64,000 nt of DNA from assembly GCA_902536775.1 (NCBI GenBank), contig CACAYX010000002.1:4462-68461 (forward strand). The letters run 5' to 3'. Source of the stretch: an uncultured Prochlorococcus sp. GTDB lineage: Bacteria > Cyanobacteriota > Cyanobacteriia > PCC-6307 > Cyanobiaceae. Shown here piece after piece: positions 11,499-24,077 of the stretch (its first letter is position 1; the number at the start of each line of letters is the position of its first letter). A program made the position numbers and the translations under genes. The notes under the pieces are model-generated. The model had not been told where the DNA came from. It saw only the letters and a program-made list of their open reading frames with translations, and made no database searches.

Positions 11499-12227
11499 TT
11501 ATACTAGCTCACTATGAGCACTATATATTTTACCATCTTCCATATTTAATATCCTATCAGCCATATCAGAAATTCTTGGATCATGCGTCACCATAAGTAC
11601 AGAACAATTTTGCTCTTTTGCTAGTTTCCTTAGAAGGGTTACTATTTCTCTCCCTGTGACACTATCTAAAGCAGAAGTCGGCTCATCAGCTAATAAAAGT
11701 TTTGGATTAGCAGATAAAGCTCGAGCAATTGCTACTCTCTGTTTCTGCCCGCCAGATAAGTCAGTTGGCAACTTTTTATGATGTTCTTCTAATCCTACTG
11801 CAGACAACCAATTCCGTGCTATTTCACGTCTTTGCAAATATGTTAAACCTTTTATTAAATCGGCGCCCATCTGGACATTTTGTTCTGCTGTTAAACATCT
11901 CAGAAGATTGTGACCTTGAAAAATCATTCCAATACTTCTTCTAAGAATCTGACGAGTTTTCCTTGATGCTCCATTTAACTGATTATTTAATACAGTTAAA
12001 TCTCCACTTTGACAGGTTCTCAAGGCACCAATTAATGTTAAAAGAGTCGTTTTACCACATCCAGAAGGTCCTTTCAAAAGAACCAACTCTCCTTTATCAA
12101 TATTTAAATTAACGTCATTAAGAACTTGTTTTTTGTTCTCATTCTTTCCATAAAAGTGACTCAAATTATTTATTGAGACTGTTTTAAGGTTTTTAACATT
12201 ATTTTTTGATTTACTAGCTTTAACCAT
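11499..12227 (-). CDS. devA: DevA family ABC exporter ATPase
   Basis: GPSGCGKTT, LSGGQKQRVAIARAL; follows devB-devC. Confidence 0.9.
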   Translation of the reverse strand: MVKASKSKNNVKNLKTVSINNLSHFYGKNENKKQVLNDVNLNIDKGELVLLKGPSGCGKTTLLTLIGALRTCQSGDLTVLNNQLNGASRKTRQILRRSIGMIFQGHNLLRCLTAEQNVQMGADLIKGLTYLQRREIARNWLSAVGLEEHHKKLPTDLSGGQKQRVAIARALSANPKLLLADEPTSALDSVTGREIVTLLRKLAKEQNCSVLMVTHDPRISDMADRILNMEDGKIYSAHSELV

Positions 12228-12240
12228 TTATCTTCAATTG

Positions 12241-13413
12241 TTAAAAAATTTCAGCAGGATCAGCGTCAACTAATTTACGCATCGCAACAGCGGCTGACCC
12301 CATACACATAACTAAAACTAATACGAAAATTAAAATAGTTTTGTCTGCGTCCATTATTATTGGGAGTTTAGTAGAACTTCTTATAACTGAGTAAAGTATT
12401 TGACCAGAGAAATAAGCAGGTAAATAACCAAATAATGCCAACAAAAACCCCTCTCTAGCTACAACAAAGAATAGGGACTTAAGTCTATACCCCATTGCCA
12501 ATAAAGTGGCGTACTCTGGAAGGTGATCTGTAACGTCACTATAAAGGATTTGATAAACAACCACACACCCTACAACGAAACCCATCAATGCTCCCAAACT
12601 AAATATGAAACCTATTGCAGTACTATTTTTCCAATAATTCTTCTCAAATTCTATAAATTGATTTTTTGTAAGAACCCTAACATCATTTGGGAGTGAGTTA
12701 TTTAATATCCTTGAAATCAACTCAGGATCAGATCCTTTTTTTAGCTTTACCAAACCAATTTCTATACTGCCAGGAGGGTTAGCAGGAAAAAGTCTTAAGA
12801 AGGTTTCTCGACTAGTTATCAAATTACCATCTGCGCCAAAAGATGGTCCTAACTCCACAAGGCCCTCAACAATTACTCTTTTACCAGCAACCTCAGTCTC
12901 AACTTTTTTTTTTGATAAGAACCATTCTTCAATCGGTCCAAATTCAGGTCTAGATAGTTTGTCAAAAAGAACTCTTGATGGATTTCTCAATTTATAAGCT
13001 TTCTTTGAGAATCCCTCATCTAAAAGAAGTGAATCGGAGGGATTAAATCCTAATGCAAGTATTGATCTAGTTTTAAGATTTTCGGGATTTCTCCAAAGTA
13101 AATAATTTAGATTAACTGGAGCAGTTTTTTCAACATCCTCTAATGCGAGAGTTTGAATTAATCTTCTTTTTGGGAATCCACTCATGCTTATAGAACTTTT
13201 TGATCTGGGACTTATCAAAACAAGATCGGTATCTAGAAGTTTATGAATAGTTACGCTCGTGTCAAATAAACCATCTCTAAAACCTAATTGCATAAACATC
13301 AAAATCCCTGCAAAACTTATTCCAGCTATGGCAACTGCTAACCTTAATGGCTGCCTAGTTAATAACAACCAAGCTAAAGGTATTTTTCTAAATTTTAAAA
13401 AAGAAAAACTCAT
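12241..13413 (-). CDS. devC: DevC family ABC permease
   Basis: PLAWLLL, FMQLGF, QILYSDVTDHLPEYATL, ADPAEIF. Confidence 0.92.
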   Translation of the reverse strand: MSFSFLKFRKIPLAWLLLTRQPLRLAVAIAGISFAGILMFMQLGFRDGLFDTSVTIHKLLDTDLVLISPRSKSSISMSGFPKRRLIQTLALEDVEKTAPVNLNYLLWRNPENLKTRSILALGFNPSDSLLLDEGFSKKAYKLRNPSRVLFDKLSRPEFGPIEEWFLSKKKVETEVAGKRVIVEGLVELGPSFGADGNLITSRETFLRLFPANPPGSIEIGLVKLKKGSDPELISRILNNSLPNDVRVLTKNQFIEFEKNYWKNSTAIGFIFSLGALMGFVVGCVVVYQILYSDVTDHLPEYATLLAMGYRLKSLFFVVAREGFLLALFGYLPAYFSGQILYSVIRSSTKLPIIMDADKTILIFVLVLVMCMGSAAVAMRKLVDADPAEIF

Positions 13414-14323
13414 TGGGGAATAAATTTTGCAATCACTTTCATTCCTGCATAGTTTTGAACGATATCTATAGAATCTTGATCTAGTTTTACTAGTACCTCG
13501 ATAATTCGTGAATCAGCATCCCCTGTTGGATCAGTCGATAGAACTTTTCTTTGTTTTACCTGAGGACTAATCCTAATAACCTTTCCCTTAAGATTTTTTT
13601 GGAAACCTCCATTCTCACTGCTCAATTCAACATTCTGAGAGATAAAGACCCTATCGATATCAGATTCATAAACCTCTATCAAAGCTTCCATTTTTTGACT
13701 AGAACCAATATCCAAAATCCCTTCATTTTGAGGCCTTTCACCAACTCTCGTGTTTATTCCAAGGATAAAACCATCGATTGGACTCCTTAGTTTTGAATTA
13801 AATAGATCTATCTTGATGTTTTTTTGATCTCCGATAAGGTTTATTTTCTGTTTTTGCAATTTTAATAATTCATCCTTTCTCTGCGAAAACTGTACAAAAG
13901 AATATGCATCTTTGCTCAAAGCTATCTCATACATTTGAATTTGATCTTTCTTTAGGTTAATTTCTTCGTTAGTAATATTAATTAGATTTTCGTTTCTTTC
14001 AAAATCAGCGATTAATTTTTCTCCATTTTCAAAGATTGCGAGGATATCACCTTTTTTTACGAAATCCCCTTCATTTACTAAAATTTCGACAATTCGGGGG
14101 GAAGAGCCAAACTGACTTATTGGAGCTGCCAATTGTCTAATCTCTCCCGAAGGAGAAAGTTGACCAAGTGCGGCAACAGCTGTGATAGGAGGTATGAAAT
14201 CTGAAGTTATTTCTTCTTTAAATTTTGAACTAGATTTATTATTTCCAGAACAGGAAATAATACCAAGAGATATTGGTGTAAATAATAAAAAATAAAACAA
14301 ATTTTTTAATATTTTTAATTTCA

Positions 14324-14324
<1 letters not shown>
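13410..14324 (-). CDS. devB: DevB/HlyD family membrane fusion protein
   Basis: VAALGQLSP, ILVNEGDFVKKG, EVYESDI. Confidence 0.88.
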
Positions 14325-15061
<737 letters not shown>

Positions 15062-15090
15062 TCAAAATAGAATTTAAAGAGAGAACTGAA

Positions 15091-16341
15091 ATGAAAGTAG
15101 GAGATGTTAACTACTACACCCATTCAAGCAAAACTAGATGTGTGTTTGTGGACAATAAAGAATTGCCGCTCATAAGCATTGATATTTGGTGCAAAGCAGG
15201 TTCTTCATTTGAGGATGTTGATAAAAATGGCACTGCTCATTTTCTAGAACATATGATTTTTAAAGGATCTAACAAAATAATGCCAGGTGAATTTGACCAT
15301 AAAATTGAATCACTAGGCGGAGTAAGTAACGCTTCAACTGGTTATGATGATGTACATTACCATGTCTTAGTGCCACCCAATAACTTTAAAGAATCACTTG
15401 CTCTTTTGACAAATATTGTTGTTGCTCCAGATTTTAATCCTGATGAATTTATAAAAGAAAAGGGGGTAGTTATTGATGAAATAAAACAACAAAATGATCA
15501 GCCTGAAGAGAGACTATATAATTATTTTTTGAAAAGGGTTTGGTTAAGTCCCAATTATGCTAATTCGATCTTGGGAACTGAACATAGTATTAAAAACTTA
15601 AAGATAAATGACCTTGTGAAATTTCATAGCAAACATTACACTACCGAAAAAATTTGTATTGCAATTGCTGGGAATCTCTCTGAAGAAATTTATAAAATTT
15701 TTGAAAAAAGTGATCTATCTGGCATAAAAGAAAGTCCAAATTTAATAAATCTAAAAAATAAACCTTTTTTAAAAATTAGGAATGGTAGAGAATCAGTTAA
15801 GTTTGATAATTTAGAGTTTTCAAGGATATTTATGGCTTGGTTTATCCCAAACCTAAATGATCAAAAAAAAATTATTGGACTAGAAATATTAGCATCAATA
15901 CTCTCTGTTGGAAGAAACAGCAGATTAGTTAAAACTTTAAAAGAAGATAATAATCTTGTTGAATCGGTATATGTAGATCTAAATGCCGGAGAATTAGGAG
16001 GATTATTTATAATGGAAGCAAGTTGTGAGTCCAAAGATATTGATTTAGTAGAAAAGCAAATTAATAAAACAATAGATGAGATCTCAAATTGTGAAGCTTT
16101 GGCTTTAGATGAAATAAAAAAAGCAATAAATATTGTGAAAAGTAATTATATTTTTAATTTAGAGACATCTACACAACTCTCTTCTTTCTTTGGAAATGAA
16201 CTTCTTTGGGGGAGAAAATCTTCAATAAATAATTTAGAGAGTCATTTAAAATATTGGAGTGACTTGGATAACTTCAAAGAGATCACAGAATATATCCGTG
16301 GAGAAAAATTTACATTAGTTGCATCCCCTGGTAAATGTTAA
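15091..16341 (+). CDS. M16 family Zn peptidase, catalytic subunit
   Basis: HFLEHMIFKG (HxxEH), NASTG. Confidence 0.92.
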   Translation: MKVGDVNYYTHSSKTRCVFVDNKELPLISIDIWCKAGSSFEDVDKNGTAHFLEHMIFKGSNKIMPGEFDHKIESLGGVSNASTGYDDVHYHVLVPPNNFKESLALLTNIVVAPDFNPDEFIKEKGVVIDEIKQQNDQPEERLYNYFLKRVWLSPNYANSILGTEHSIKNLKINDLVKFHSKHYTTEKICIAIAGNLSEEIYKIFEKSDLSGIKESPNLINLKNKPFLKIRNGRESVKFDNLEFSRIFMAWFIPNLNDQKKIIGLEILASILSVGRNSRLVKTLKEDNNLVESVYVDLNAGELGGLFIMEASCESKDIDLVEKQINKTIDEISNCEALALDEIKKAINIVKSNYIFNLETSTQLSSFFGNELLWGRKSSINNLESHLKYWSDLDNFKEITEYIRGEKFTLVASPGKC

Positions 16342-17552
16342 AAAGATATTTTTTAAATAATAAAAAAAGAAATTTTTCAACTGCTTCAATTTGGATCAAA
16401 GGGGGGAGTGATATGGATAGTACTGGAAAAAAAGGGATAAACAAGATCCTTTGTTCATTACTTACCAGAGGATGTGAAGGTTTTAACAATTTCACTCTCT
16501 CTGAATATATAGAGTCCTATGGAGCAGAATTAAATCAAGAAATATTTGAAGATGGTATTTCAATAAATATTAAATCCCTAAATGAACATTTCAGCAAATT
16601 ATTACCTTTATTAGAATTAATAATCAATAAGCCAATCCTCTCGGAAACTGAATTTAAAAAAGTAAAAAAATCTTCTATTGATCACATTAAAAAAGATAAA
16701 GAGAATCCATTCAATAACTGTTTTGAAAAATGGAGAAAAATTGTTTACTCAAATCATCCTTATGCTTTTAACACAATAGGAAATGCTAATGATGTCTCAA
16801 AGATTACCTATGAAGATGTTTTGCTTGAATTTAAAAATTTAAAAAACAGAGAAAAGTATTTAATTTCAAATAATCCCGAAATAAATGGAGAAAATTTTGG
16901 AACACTTGAAAAAAAAATCTTAAAAGAAAAATCAGATCCTTTAAAGGATAATTTAAATACTATGAATAGATTTGATTACATTAATAATGATTCAAATCAA
17001 ACAATAATTATGATGGGGGACCAAACTTGCTCGCGAAGAAGTATTGAATATTTTCCTCTTAAGGTTTTGGAGTCTTATTTATCTTATGGAATGAGCGCTG
17101 CTTTATTTAAACTTTTTAGAGAAAAACATGGTATCACTTACGATTTAGGTGTTTATTATCCTATCAGGAGTGGAAATGCCCCATTTTTAATTTATTTATC
17201 GGTATCTAATGATCAAGCACTTTTTGCTTTTGAACTTTTATCAACACTATGGAAAAATTTACTTTTCAATCCGTTGACTGATGCTGAAATATTTTTAGCA
17301 AAAGAAAAACTAAAAGGTTCTTTTTTATTAGGAAATCAATCACTAGATGAAATTTTACAGAGAAAGATACAGTTAGTTAGTTATGGTATTTCACCAATTT
17401 CTGAGAACGATTTAAATTCAAAAATAAAGGAAATTTCTTCATTAGATATTTTGAAATTAACTAATAAGTATTTTTCAAAACCTTTTCTGACTATTTCTGG
17501 AAATAAAAATATATGTTTAGAAATTTCTAATAGGTGGAAGAAAAACTTTTAG
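16335..17552 (+). CDS. M16 family peptidase, non-catalytic subunit
   Basis: No HxxEH; LFREKHGITY; overlaps partner gene. Confidence 0.85.
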   Translation: MLKRYFLNNKKRNFSTASIWIKGGSDMDSTGKKGINKILCSLLTRGCEGFNNFTLSEYIESYGAELNQEIFEDGISINIKSLNEHFSKLLPLLELIINKPILSETEFKKVKKSSIDHIKKDKENPFNNCFEKWRKIVYSNHPYAFNTIGNANDVSKITYEDVLLEFKNLKNREKYLISNNPEINGENFGTLEKKILKEKSDPLKDNLNTMNRFDYINNDSNQTIIMMGDQTCSRRSIEYFPLKVLESYLSYGMSAALFKLFREKHGITYDLGVYYPIRSGNAPFLIYLSVSNDQALFAFELLSTLWKNLLFNPLTDAEIFLAKEKLKGSFLLGNQSLDEILQRKIQLVSYGISPISENDLNSKIKEISSLDILKLTNKYFSKPFLTISGNKNICLEISNRWKKNF

Positions 17553-17553
17553 A

Positions 17554-17763
17554 TTAGTTTTTCTCAATCTTATCAATATCTATTAAAAACGAACCCCTCC
17601 TAAACTTTACTTCAACAGTATCTGGAGATTTAATTGAAAGGATTTCCCCAATTTCATCAATTGCCACTAGATCAGGTGGTCTTAACATCGGCATATTATC
17701 TGAAGTCTTCAAGTAAGAGACTGGGGCAATCAACTTAACCTTATCGTTGATCTCAAATTTCAT
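17554..17763 (-). CDS. sipA: DUF3148 / SipA (NblS-interacting) protein
   Basis: YLKTSDNMPMLRPPDLV...FRRGSFL. Confidence 0.8.
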   Translation of the reverse strand: MKFEINDKVKLIAPVSYLKTSDNMPMLRPPDLVAIDEIGEILSIKSPDTVEVKFRRGSFLIDIDKIEKN

Positions 17764-17852
17764 TTATGAATTAGATACATTAAAGAGTAGTATAAGCATA
17801 AAGTTAGAGGAAATATCAACGAAATGCACTGATTCAGTCTAGAATCCTAGAA

Positions 17853-19784
17853 TTGACTTTCTACAAATTAATGAATCAGAAATTAAAAACATTAATTTTA
17901 TGGGCTTTACCTATACTTTTAGTAATAGCACTTTCCTACCAATTTTTATCTTCAAGTAACGTTGATTCGCTTAAATCTAATGGTACTACTGTTGCACCAA
18001 GAAATTCAGCGGTAGCAAGAGTTAGTTACGGCAGATTTTTAGATTACATTAATTCGGGAAGGGTTACATCTGTTGATATTTTTGAGGGAGGCAGAAATGC
18101 AGTTATAGAGACAATAGATTCGGATTTAGATAATAAAGTTCAAAGGTTGCGTGTAGATCTTCCAGGCTTAACACCAGAACTTATAAATATTTTAAAAAAT
18201 GAGGGAATTAGTTTTGATGTTCATCCAATAAAAACAGCTCCTCCTGCATTAGGGATTTTAGGTAATTTACTCTTCCCGGCTATTTTAATTGGAGGTTTAA
18301 TTTTGTTAGCGAGGAGGTCAAATGGTATGCCTGGAGGTCCTGGCCAAGCAATGCAGTTTGGGAAAACTAAAGCAAGATTTGCAATGGAAGCTGAAACAGG
18401 AGTTGTATTCGATGATGTTGCGGGCGTTAATGAGGCTAAACAGGATTTGCAAGAAGTTGTAACTTTTCTGAAAAAACCAGAAAAATTTACTTCTGTAGGA
18501 GCAAGAATTCCCAAAGGTGTTCTATTAGTAGGTCCTCCTGGTACTGGTAAAACCCTTTTAGCTAAAGCAATTGCAGGTGAAGCTGGTGTACCATTCTTCT
18601 CATTATCAGGTTCTGAATTTGTTGAAATGTTTGTTGGGGTTGGGGCTAGTAGAGTTAGAGACCTTTTCAAAAGAGCTAAAGAGAATAGTCCCTGTTTAAT
18701 TTTTATTGATGAAATTGATGCAGTTGGAAGGCAAAGAGGTGCAGGTATTGGTGGAGGTAATGATGAGAGAGAACAAACTCTCAATCAATTACTCACTGAA
18801 ATGGATGGTTTCGAAGGTAATAGTGGCATAATAATAATTGCAGCCACAAACAGGCCCGATGTTTTAGACTCAGCGCTAATGAGACCAGGCAGATTTGATA
18901 GACAGGTAACTGTGGATGCACCTGATATCAAGGGCAGACTATCGATATTGGAAGTTCATGCAAGGAATAAGAAACTTCAAGAGGATTTAACGCTTGAAAG
19001 CATTGCGAGAAGAACACCAGGTTTTACTGGAGCAGATTTAGCAAATTTATTAAATGAAGCTGCTATATTAACTGCCAGGAGGAGAAAAGACTCTATAAGT
19101 ATTTCAGAAATTGACGACTCTGTGGATAGAATCGTCGCAGGGATGGAAGGTTCTCCATTAACAGATGGAAGAAGTAAAAGATTAATTGCTTACCATGAAG
19201 TTGGTCATGCTTTAATAGGTTCACTAGTAAAAGCTCACGATCCTGTTCAAAAAGTTACTGTTATCCCAAGAGGTCAAGCTAAAGGTTTAACTTGGTTCAC
19301 TCCTGACGATGAACAAACCCTAGTAAGCAGAGCTCAACTTAAAGCAAGAATTATGGGCGCTTTAGGAGGAAGGGCAGCTGAAGATGTTGTTTTTGGGGAA
19401 GGTGAGATTACAACAGGGGCTGGAGGTGATTTCCAACAAGTTGCTTCTATGGCTCGCCAAATGGTTACTAGATTTGGAATGAGTAATTTAGGTCCGATTG
19501 CTTTAGAAAGTGGAAATCAAGAAGTATTTGTTGGTAGAGATTTAATGACAAGAAGCGAAGTTTCTGATTCAATCTCTAAACAAATTGATGAAAGTGTAAG
19601 AGTAATGGTTAAGGCATGTTATAAAGAAACATATGATATAGTCAGCAAAAATAGAGAGGCTATGGATAAAATTGTAGATCTATTAATAGAAAAAGAAACA
19701 CTAGACGGTGAAGAATTTGTAAGTATTCTTTCGCAATTCACTACAATTCCGCAAAAAGATAGAACTCCTCAATTATTAAGTTAG
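17853..19784 (+). CDS. ftsH: ATP-dependent Zn metalloprotease FtsH
   Basis: [21 protein letters not shown]. Confidence 0.97.
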   Translation: MTFYKLMNQKLKTLILWALPILLVIALSYQFLSSSNVDSLKSNGTTVAPRNSAVARVSYGRFLDYINSGRVTSVDIFEGGRNAVIETIDSDLDNKVQRLRVDLPGLTPELINILKNEGISFDVHPIKTAPPALGILGNLLFPAILIGGLILLARRSNGMPGGPGQAMQFGKTKARFAMEAETGVVFDDVAGVNEAKQDLQEVVTFLKKPEKFTSVGARIPKGVLLVGPPGTGKTLLAKAIAGEAGVPFFSLSGSEFVEMFVGVGASRVRDLFKRAKENSPCLIFIDEIDAVGRQRGAGIGGGNDEREQTLNQLLTEMDGFEGNSGIIIIAATNRPDVLDSALMRPGRFDRQVTVDAPDIKGRLSILEVHARNKKLQEDLTLESIARRTPGFTGADLANLLNEAAILTARRRKDSISISEIDDSVDRIVAGMEGSPLTDGRSKRLIAYHEVGHALIGSLVKAHDPVQKVTVIPRGQAKGLTWFTPDDEQTLVSRAQLKARIMGALGGRAAEDVVFGEGEITTGAGGDFQQVASMARQMVTRFGMSNLGPIALESGNQEVFVGRDLMTRSEVSDSISKQIDESVRVMVKACYKETYDIVSKNREAMDKIVDLLIEKETLDGEEFVSILSQFTTIPQKDRTPQLLS

Positions 19785-20368
19785 ACTTTTATTGGTTTCT
19801 TATCTAATACGAGATCAATTAATCCGTATTCAACTGCTTCGTTTGGAGACATATAAAAATCTCTGTCAGTATCTTCTTTTATAGTTTCGTAATCCTTGCC
19901 AGTTCTTTCAGACAATTCAGTGTTAAGACGCTCTTTTAAGAACAAAATTTCATCAGCTTGAATTCTTATGTCACTAGCTTGTCCTCTAGCGCCTCCGAGT
20001 GGTTGATGAATCATTATTCTTGAATGTCTAAGACTGCTTCTTTTACCTTTAGTACCTGCCGCGAGCAAAAATGCACCCATACTAGCTGCCAAACCTACGC
20101 ATACTGTATGAATGTCAGGCTTAACATGTTGCATTGTGTCAAAGATACCCAATCCATCATAAACAGATCCGCCAGGTGAATTTATGTACATATAAATATC
20201 CTTATCTGGATCCTCTGCTTCAAGGAATAATAATTGAGCGACAATTCTATTGGCAGTCTCGCTAGTAACTTGTTCTCCCAAAAAGATTATTCTCTCTCTT
20301 AATAATCTTGAATAAATATCAAAGACTCTTTCACTTCCACCAGATTCTTCTAATACTAAAGGGATCAT
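19781..20368 (-). CDS. clpP: Clp protease proteolytic subunit
   Basis: YINSPGG, GLAASMG, IMIHQP. Confidence 0.97.
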   Translation of the reverse strand: MIPLVLEESGGSERVFDIYSRLLRERIIFLGEQVTSETANRIVAQLLFLEAEDPDKDIYMYINSPGGSVYDGLGIFDTMQHVKPDIHTVCVGLAASMGAFLLAAGTKGKRSSLRHSRIMIHQPLGGARGQASDIRIQADEILFLKERLNTELSERTGKDYETIKEDTDRDFYMSPNEAVEYGLIDLVLDKKPIKV

Positions 20369-20403
20369 AATAATATTTATCTGTTTATTAGATATTAACG
20401 ATA

Positions 20404-21057
20404 TTGAGTCAACATACGCTAACCTTATTAAGGTTTACATATAAAAAATTGAAAGAAAAATTGACTGTTTCAGATAGCAAAAAGTTATTTCATGAAAAAT
20501 TCCCTTACGTTATTCCAGGTTTATATAAAAAAATAGTTGATGAAATGCTTGTCGAACTAAATCTTCTAAACCATCAAAATGAATTTACGCAAGATTATCT
20601 CTTTTGTGTTGGTCTCACCGAAACATTCAATGAATTAATGAAAGGATATCAACCTGAAAAACATTTGAATCTTCTTTTTGAATCTTTATGCAGTTCTACA
20701 AATTTTGAAGCAAAGGATATTAATGAAATATCTCAAAAAACTCAAAAGGAATTCAAGGATAAAACATATAAAGATATTTTGAAATTATTAATAGAAAAAA
20801 GTAATTCTAAACTTTATCCTTCAAGGATATTGAACTTAGCGATATACATATTAATTTCAAACGCCCAAGATCTTAAAGGGAAAGATGAATCAGAGACAAA
20901 TAAGATAATTTCTGATATTTTTGAAAAATTAAATTTATCTGCTAATAAAGCAGAAAAAGATATTGGAATTTATAAAAGCAGTATATCAAAAATGCAACAA
21001 GCAAAAGAATTAATTGAAGAGCTAAGAACTAAAGATAAGAAAAAAGAACAAAAATAA
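20404..21057 (+). CDS. psb29: photosystem II biogenesis protein Psb29/Thf1
   Basis: TVSDSKKLF...[18 protein letters not shown]. Confidence 0.9.
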   Translation: MSQHTLTLLRFTYKKLKEKLTVSDSKKLFHEKFPYVIPGLYKKIVDEMLVELNLLNHQNEFTQDYLFCVGLTETFNELMKGYQPEKHLNLLFESLCSSTNFEAKDINEISQKTQKEFKDKTYKDILKLLIEKSNSKLYPSRILNLAIYILISNAQDLKGKDESETNKIISDIFEKLNLSANKAEKDIGIYKSSISKMQQAKELIEELRTKDKKKEQK

Positions 21058-21062
21058 AAAAC

Positions 21063-21203
21063 TTATTTTTTTAACCTTCTTTTATCTTTCCAAGAGACAT
21101 AGGATATATAAATTACAGCGAATGTTATGAATATAAGTAAAAGGAACGATGTAAGGATAAGAAATTTATTTAAATAGACTTCATAAGTTAAAAATGAAAT
21201 CAT
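21063..21203 (-). CDS. 46-aa single-TM protein coupled to petN
   Basis: ATGA overlap with petN stop; MISFLTYEV...[12 protein letters not shown]. Confidence 0.65.
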
Positions 21204-21301
21204 ATATCAATGGAACCATCACCATTTCTTCCCCAAACAACCATGGCAATTGAAAAAGTAAAAATTGCAGCTAATGCAGCCCAACCTATTTGAAAGATCA
21301 T
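21200..21301 (-). CDS. petN: cytochrome b6f subunit PetN
   Basis: [33 protein letters not shown]. Confidence 0.93.
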
Positions 21302-21416
21302 TAAATTTAAAAAGCTAATTTAAATATAACAGAACTTCAAAATTTTTAATCATTTTAAAGCTAAAGTTAATTTCTCAGAAACAAAATTTTCTCAATAGAA
21401 TAAAGATAAAATCAAA

Positions 21417-21695
21417 TTGGGTAGATTAGTTCTAAATCATAGTACAAATATAGAAGGTCTAATTCCAATACTCCAAAAGTTAGCCCTGGACATTAATATC
21501 AAAACAATAACTCCGGCTGCTATTTCGAGAGCCAGAGGAAGATCGTCTAAATTGATAATTAGATTGTCAGTGAAAACTATAAACGGATATAAAGCAATAG
21601 CAAGAAAGGGTAAAACAGCCCAGGAAGTTTTTATTTCAACAGACTTAAATAAAGATGAATTAAAACAAATTATAGATATTTATAATAGAAAGTAA
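21417..21695 (+). CDS. DUF2103 family protein
   Basis: GRLVLNHSTNIEGLIP, ARKGKTAQEVF. Confidence 0.85.
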   Translation: MGRLVLNHSTNIEGLIPILQKLALDINIKTITPAAISRARGRSSKLIIRLSVKTINGYKAIARKGKTAQEVFISTDLNKDELKQIIDIYNRK

Positions 21696-21735
21696 TTAAA
21701 TTAAAATGTATTAGGCAATATTCAGGAGAGAAAAA

Positions 21736-21942
21736 ATGAAAGTGATATTAAATTTATCTATGTTTTTATTGGCCTTTTTTTCATTCAATAATAAATCATT
21801 CTCACTTACTGACGACCAAATAAAAAGATTTTGCGCAAAGGAGAAAAGGGTATTTTTATGTATCAAAAATTTACAAGCGAAAAGATCTGATCTCCAAAAA
21901 GGAAAGCTAATTGAAATACCTGTAAAACCCTACAAACGGTAA
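21736..21942 (+). CDS. small secreted hypothetical protein
   Basis: Signal-like N-terminus, two Cys, AGGAG upstream. Confidence 0.7.
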   Translation: MKVILNLSMFLLAFFSFNNKSFSLTDDQIKRFCAKEKRVFLCIKNLQAKRSDLQKGKLIEIPVKPYKR

Positions 21943-21955
21943 TTAGAAATTGAAT

Positions 21956-22225
21956 TCAAATTTCAAATTCTGATTCGAAAAGATTAAAAGCATTTCTATA
22001 GCTTTTGAGAAGTTCTTCAGAATTATCAGAAAATCCTTGTCGATCGTAATCTTCTTTTAATTCATCATATAAGTAAACTACTTTATTAAAGGCGCTCATA
22101 TATTCTTTTTGTATGTCTTCATCATCGATATCATAGATTTTTGCCAGCACTAATTCGACATTTTTTTTTGATGAATATATTTTTTTCTCAAAATCTTTAT
22201 TTAACTTTCTTCTTTTTTTTGCCAT
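21956..22225 (-). CDS. hypothetical protein
   Basis: 89-aa ORF with protein-like composition. Confidence 0.7.
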   Translation of the reverse strand: MAKKRRKLNKDFEKKIYSSKKNVELVLAKIYDIDDEDIQKEYMSAFNKVVYLYDELKEDYDRQGFSDNSEELLKSYRNAFNLFESEFEI

Positions 22226-22353
22226 TTAAAATTTCTAAATTCAGATTAACAATACTCAAATTCATAGATAAATTAAATTAAAACTTATAAAATAAAAATA
22301 TAGTTTCCAAATCAAAATAAAACCTCTACATTCCTAATAAATCATTCGATGAT

Positions 22354-22791
22354 ATGAGTAAAAAAGAAACAACTAATCCTAAAGAGCTTAGAAACCAAAA
22401 CCATGAAGAAAAAAAAATGAATTCATCCGCAAATTTTAAGAAAAACAAAGATAAAGATCTTCCATGGTGGGTAGAGTTATTATTTATTCAAATAGGATTA
22501 CCAGATAAATTACTTATAAAAATATTAAAAGCAAAAAAAACATCTAAAGAATTTATTAAAAATGAAAAAAAATCAATAATAATATTTTTGTTTGTTATTA
22601 CTACATTGGCATATTTTTATCCAGTTATTAAACATGCAAAAAACAAATTAGATTGTGAAAGGATTGCTAAAAATTATATTATTAAAAATAAAAATATAAT
22701 CGGAATTAATAATAAGGAAATAAAAATGATATCTACAAATTTTTGTTATGGTGGCGAAGAAATCTATGAAATAGAAAATTTAAAAAATTAA
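22354..22791 (+). CDS. hypothetical membrane protein
   Basis: LPWWVELLFIQIGLPD plus one TM segment. Confidence 0.75.
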   Translation: MSKKETTNPKELRNQNHEEKKMNSSANFKKNKDKDLPWWVELLFIQIGLPDKLLIKILKAKKTSKEFIKNEKKSIIIFLFVITTLAYFYPVIKHAKNKLDCERIAKNYIIKNKNIIGINNKEIKMISTNFCYGGEEIYEIENLKN

Positions 22792-22872
22792 ATTTTGAAT
22801 TATTCTTTATAAATAAGCATCCCAATATTATGATAGTGACTTTAAGTTTAATAAAGTTTAAATTTTATTCCT

Positions 22873-23049
22873 ATGACTGATATAAAACAAAAGAAAGATA
22901 ACATAAAAATGCACTTAAAAGATTTGAGACAAAACTTAAAGAAAATGCATTTAGAAGTTACGGAAGAATTAATATTACCGAAGCCAAGTGATGTAAAAGA
23001 CTTGATGAATAAAATGGATAAACTATTAAAATTAATAGAATCGAAATAA
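22873..23049 (+). CDS. 58-aa helical protein, paralog of 24297-24494
   Basis: Hand-translated MTDIKQKKDNIKMHLKDLRQNLKKMHLEVTEELILPKPSDVKDLM... Confidence 0.7.
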   Translation: MTDIKQKKDNIKMHLKDLRQNLKKMHLEVTEELILPKPSDVKDLMNKMDKLLKLIESK

Positions 23050-23090
23050 ACTATAATTTTAATCATTTAGAATCATCAAAGTTTAAAAAA

Positions 23091-23441
23091 ATGAAAATTA
23101 TAAAACAATTTCCTCTGTTAATCCTAATTTCAATTTTTTTAATTTCTTGTAGGACATCAACTATTAAGGAGTATCCCAAAAATAATTTGGAAAAAAATAT
23201 TGATGAGAATGCGAATACAGAAAAGAAAAGAATGGAAATAAAGTTTTCTTGTGGAGAGGATGGTATTTCCAAATACTTAAATGATGGATGGAATATTTTA
23301 AAAGAAGATTCTCAAGAAAAAATTTGCACATGGAAATCCGTTCCTGCCACAAAAGATTGCAATATGGAAAAAGATAAAGGATGTAAAATAACAAAGCCAG
23401 ATAAAATAGGTGAAGAGAAAATTTATTTATTGGAGAAATAA
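23091..23441 (+). CDS. putative lipoprotein
   Basis: LISC lipobox-like motif, four further Cys. Confidence 0.75.
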   Translation: MKIIKQFPLLILISIFLISCRTSTIKEYPKNNLEKNIDENANTEKKRMEIKFSCGEDGISKYLNDGWNILKEDSQEKICTWKSVPATKDCNMEKDKGCKITKPDKIGEEKIYLLEK

Positions 23442-23750
23442 ATCTAATATATGACTCAAAAATCAGAACACTTAGTTGATTTAATTTTTAAGAAATTAAA
23501 AACCTATAAGAATAAAAAAATATTTTTAGAAAAAGAAAGTTTGAATAAATTTATTCTTTCACTTTTTAAAGAAAACTGAATGAAGGACTTATTTAAGTAA
23601 ACTGCTATAGTTAGATAAATTTTTTAATTAAGATATGGATAGTTTTTCTTCATTAACTGTTATCCTGTCAATAATTTTTATCGTAAGTCTTTATTTTTTA
23701 TTAAGAGTTACTTCTAGTACAAAGAATTAGAAAATATTTTATAATCATTC

Positions 23751-23933
23751 TTAGATGATTGGATCATCTCTTAGTAGTAAAACTGTATGCTTATTTAAAC
23801 CATCATTAATCCATTCCTTATATTCTTCTAGGACGCACTTTTTATCAGAATTATCTAGTAAATTAATTCTTTTTTTTGCATTATCTAAAGCCAACTTAAT
23901 ACAGAATTTATAATCATTGGAGTTTTCTTGCAT
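23751..23933 (-). CDS. hypothetical protein
   Basis: 60-aa ORF. Confidence 0.6.
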   Translation of the reverse strand: MQENSNDYKFCIKLALDNAKKRINLLDNSDKKCVLEEYKEWINDGLNKHTVLLLRDDPII

Positions 23934-24077
23934 TTGTTTTTATTAAATCTTAGTAAAAATAATTTCTTATTCTGTATTGAAATTTACAATAATAAGCGTT
24001 GATTTAATAAGAGTATCAAGCAATACGGAAGAATTTTTAATATATTTGAGATAATAATTTTCCAAATAAAAATTCCT

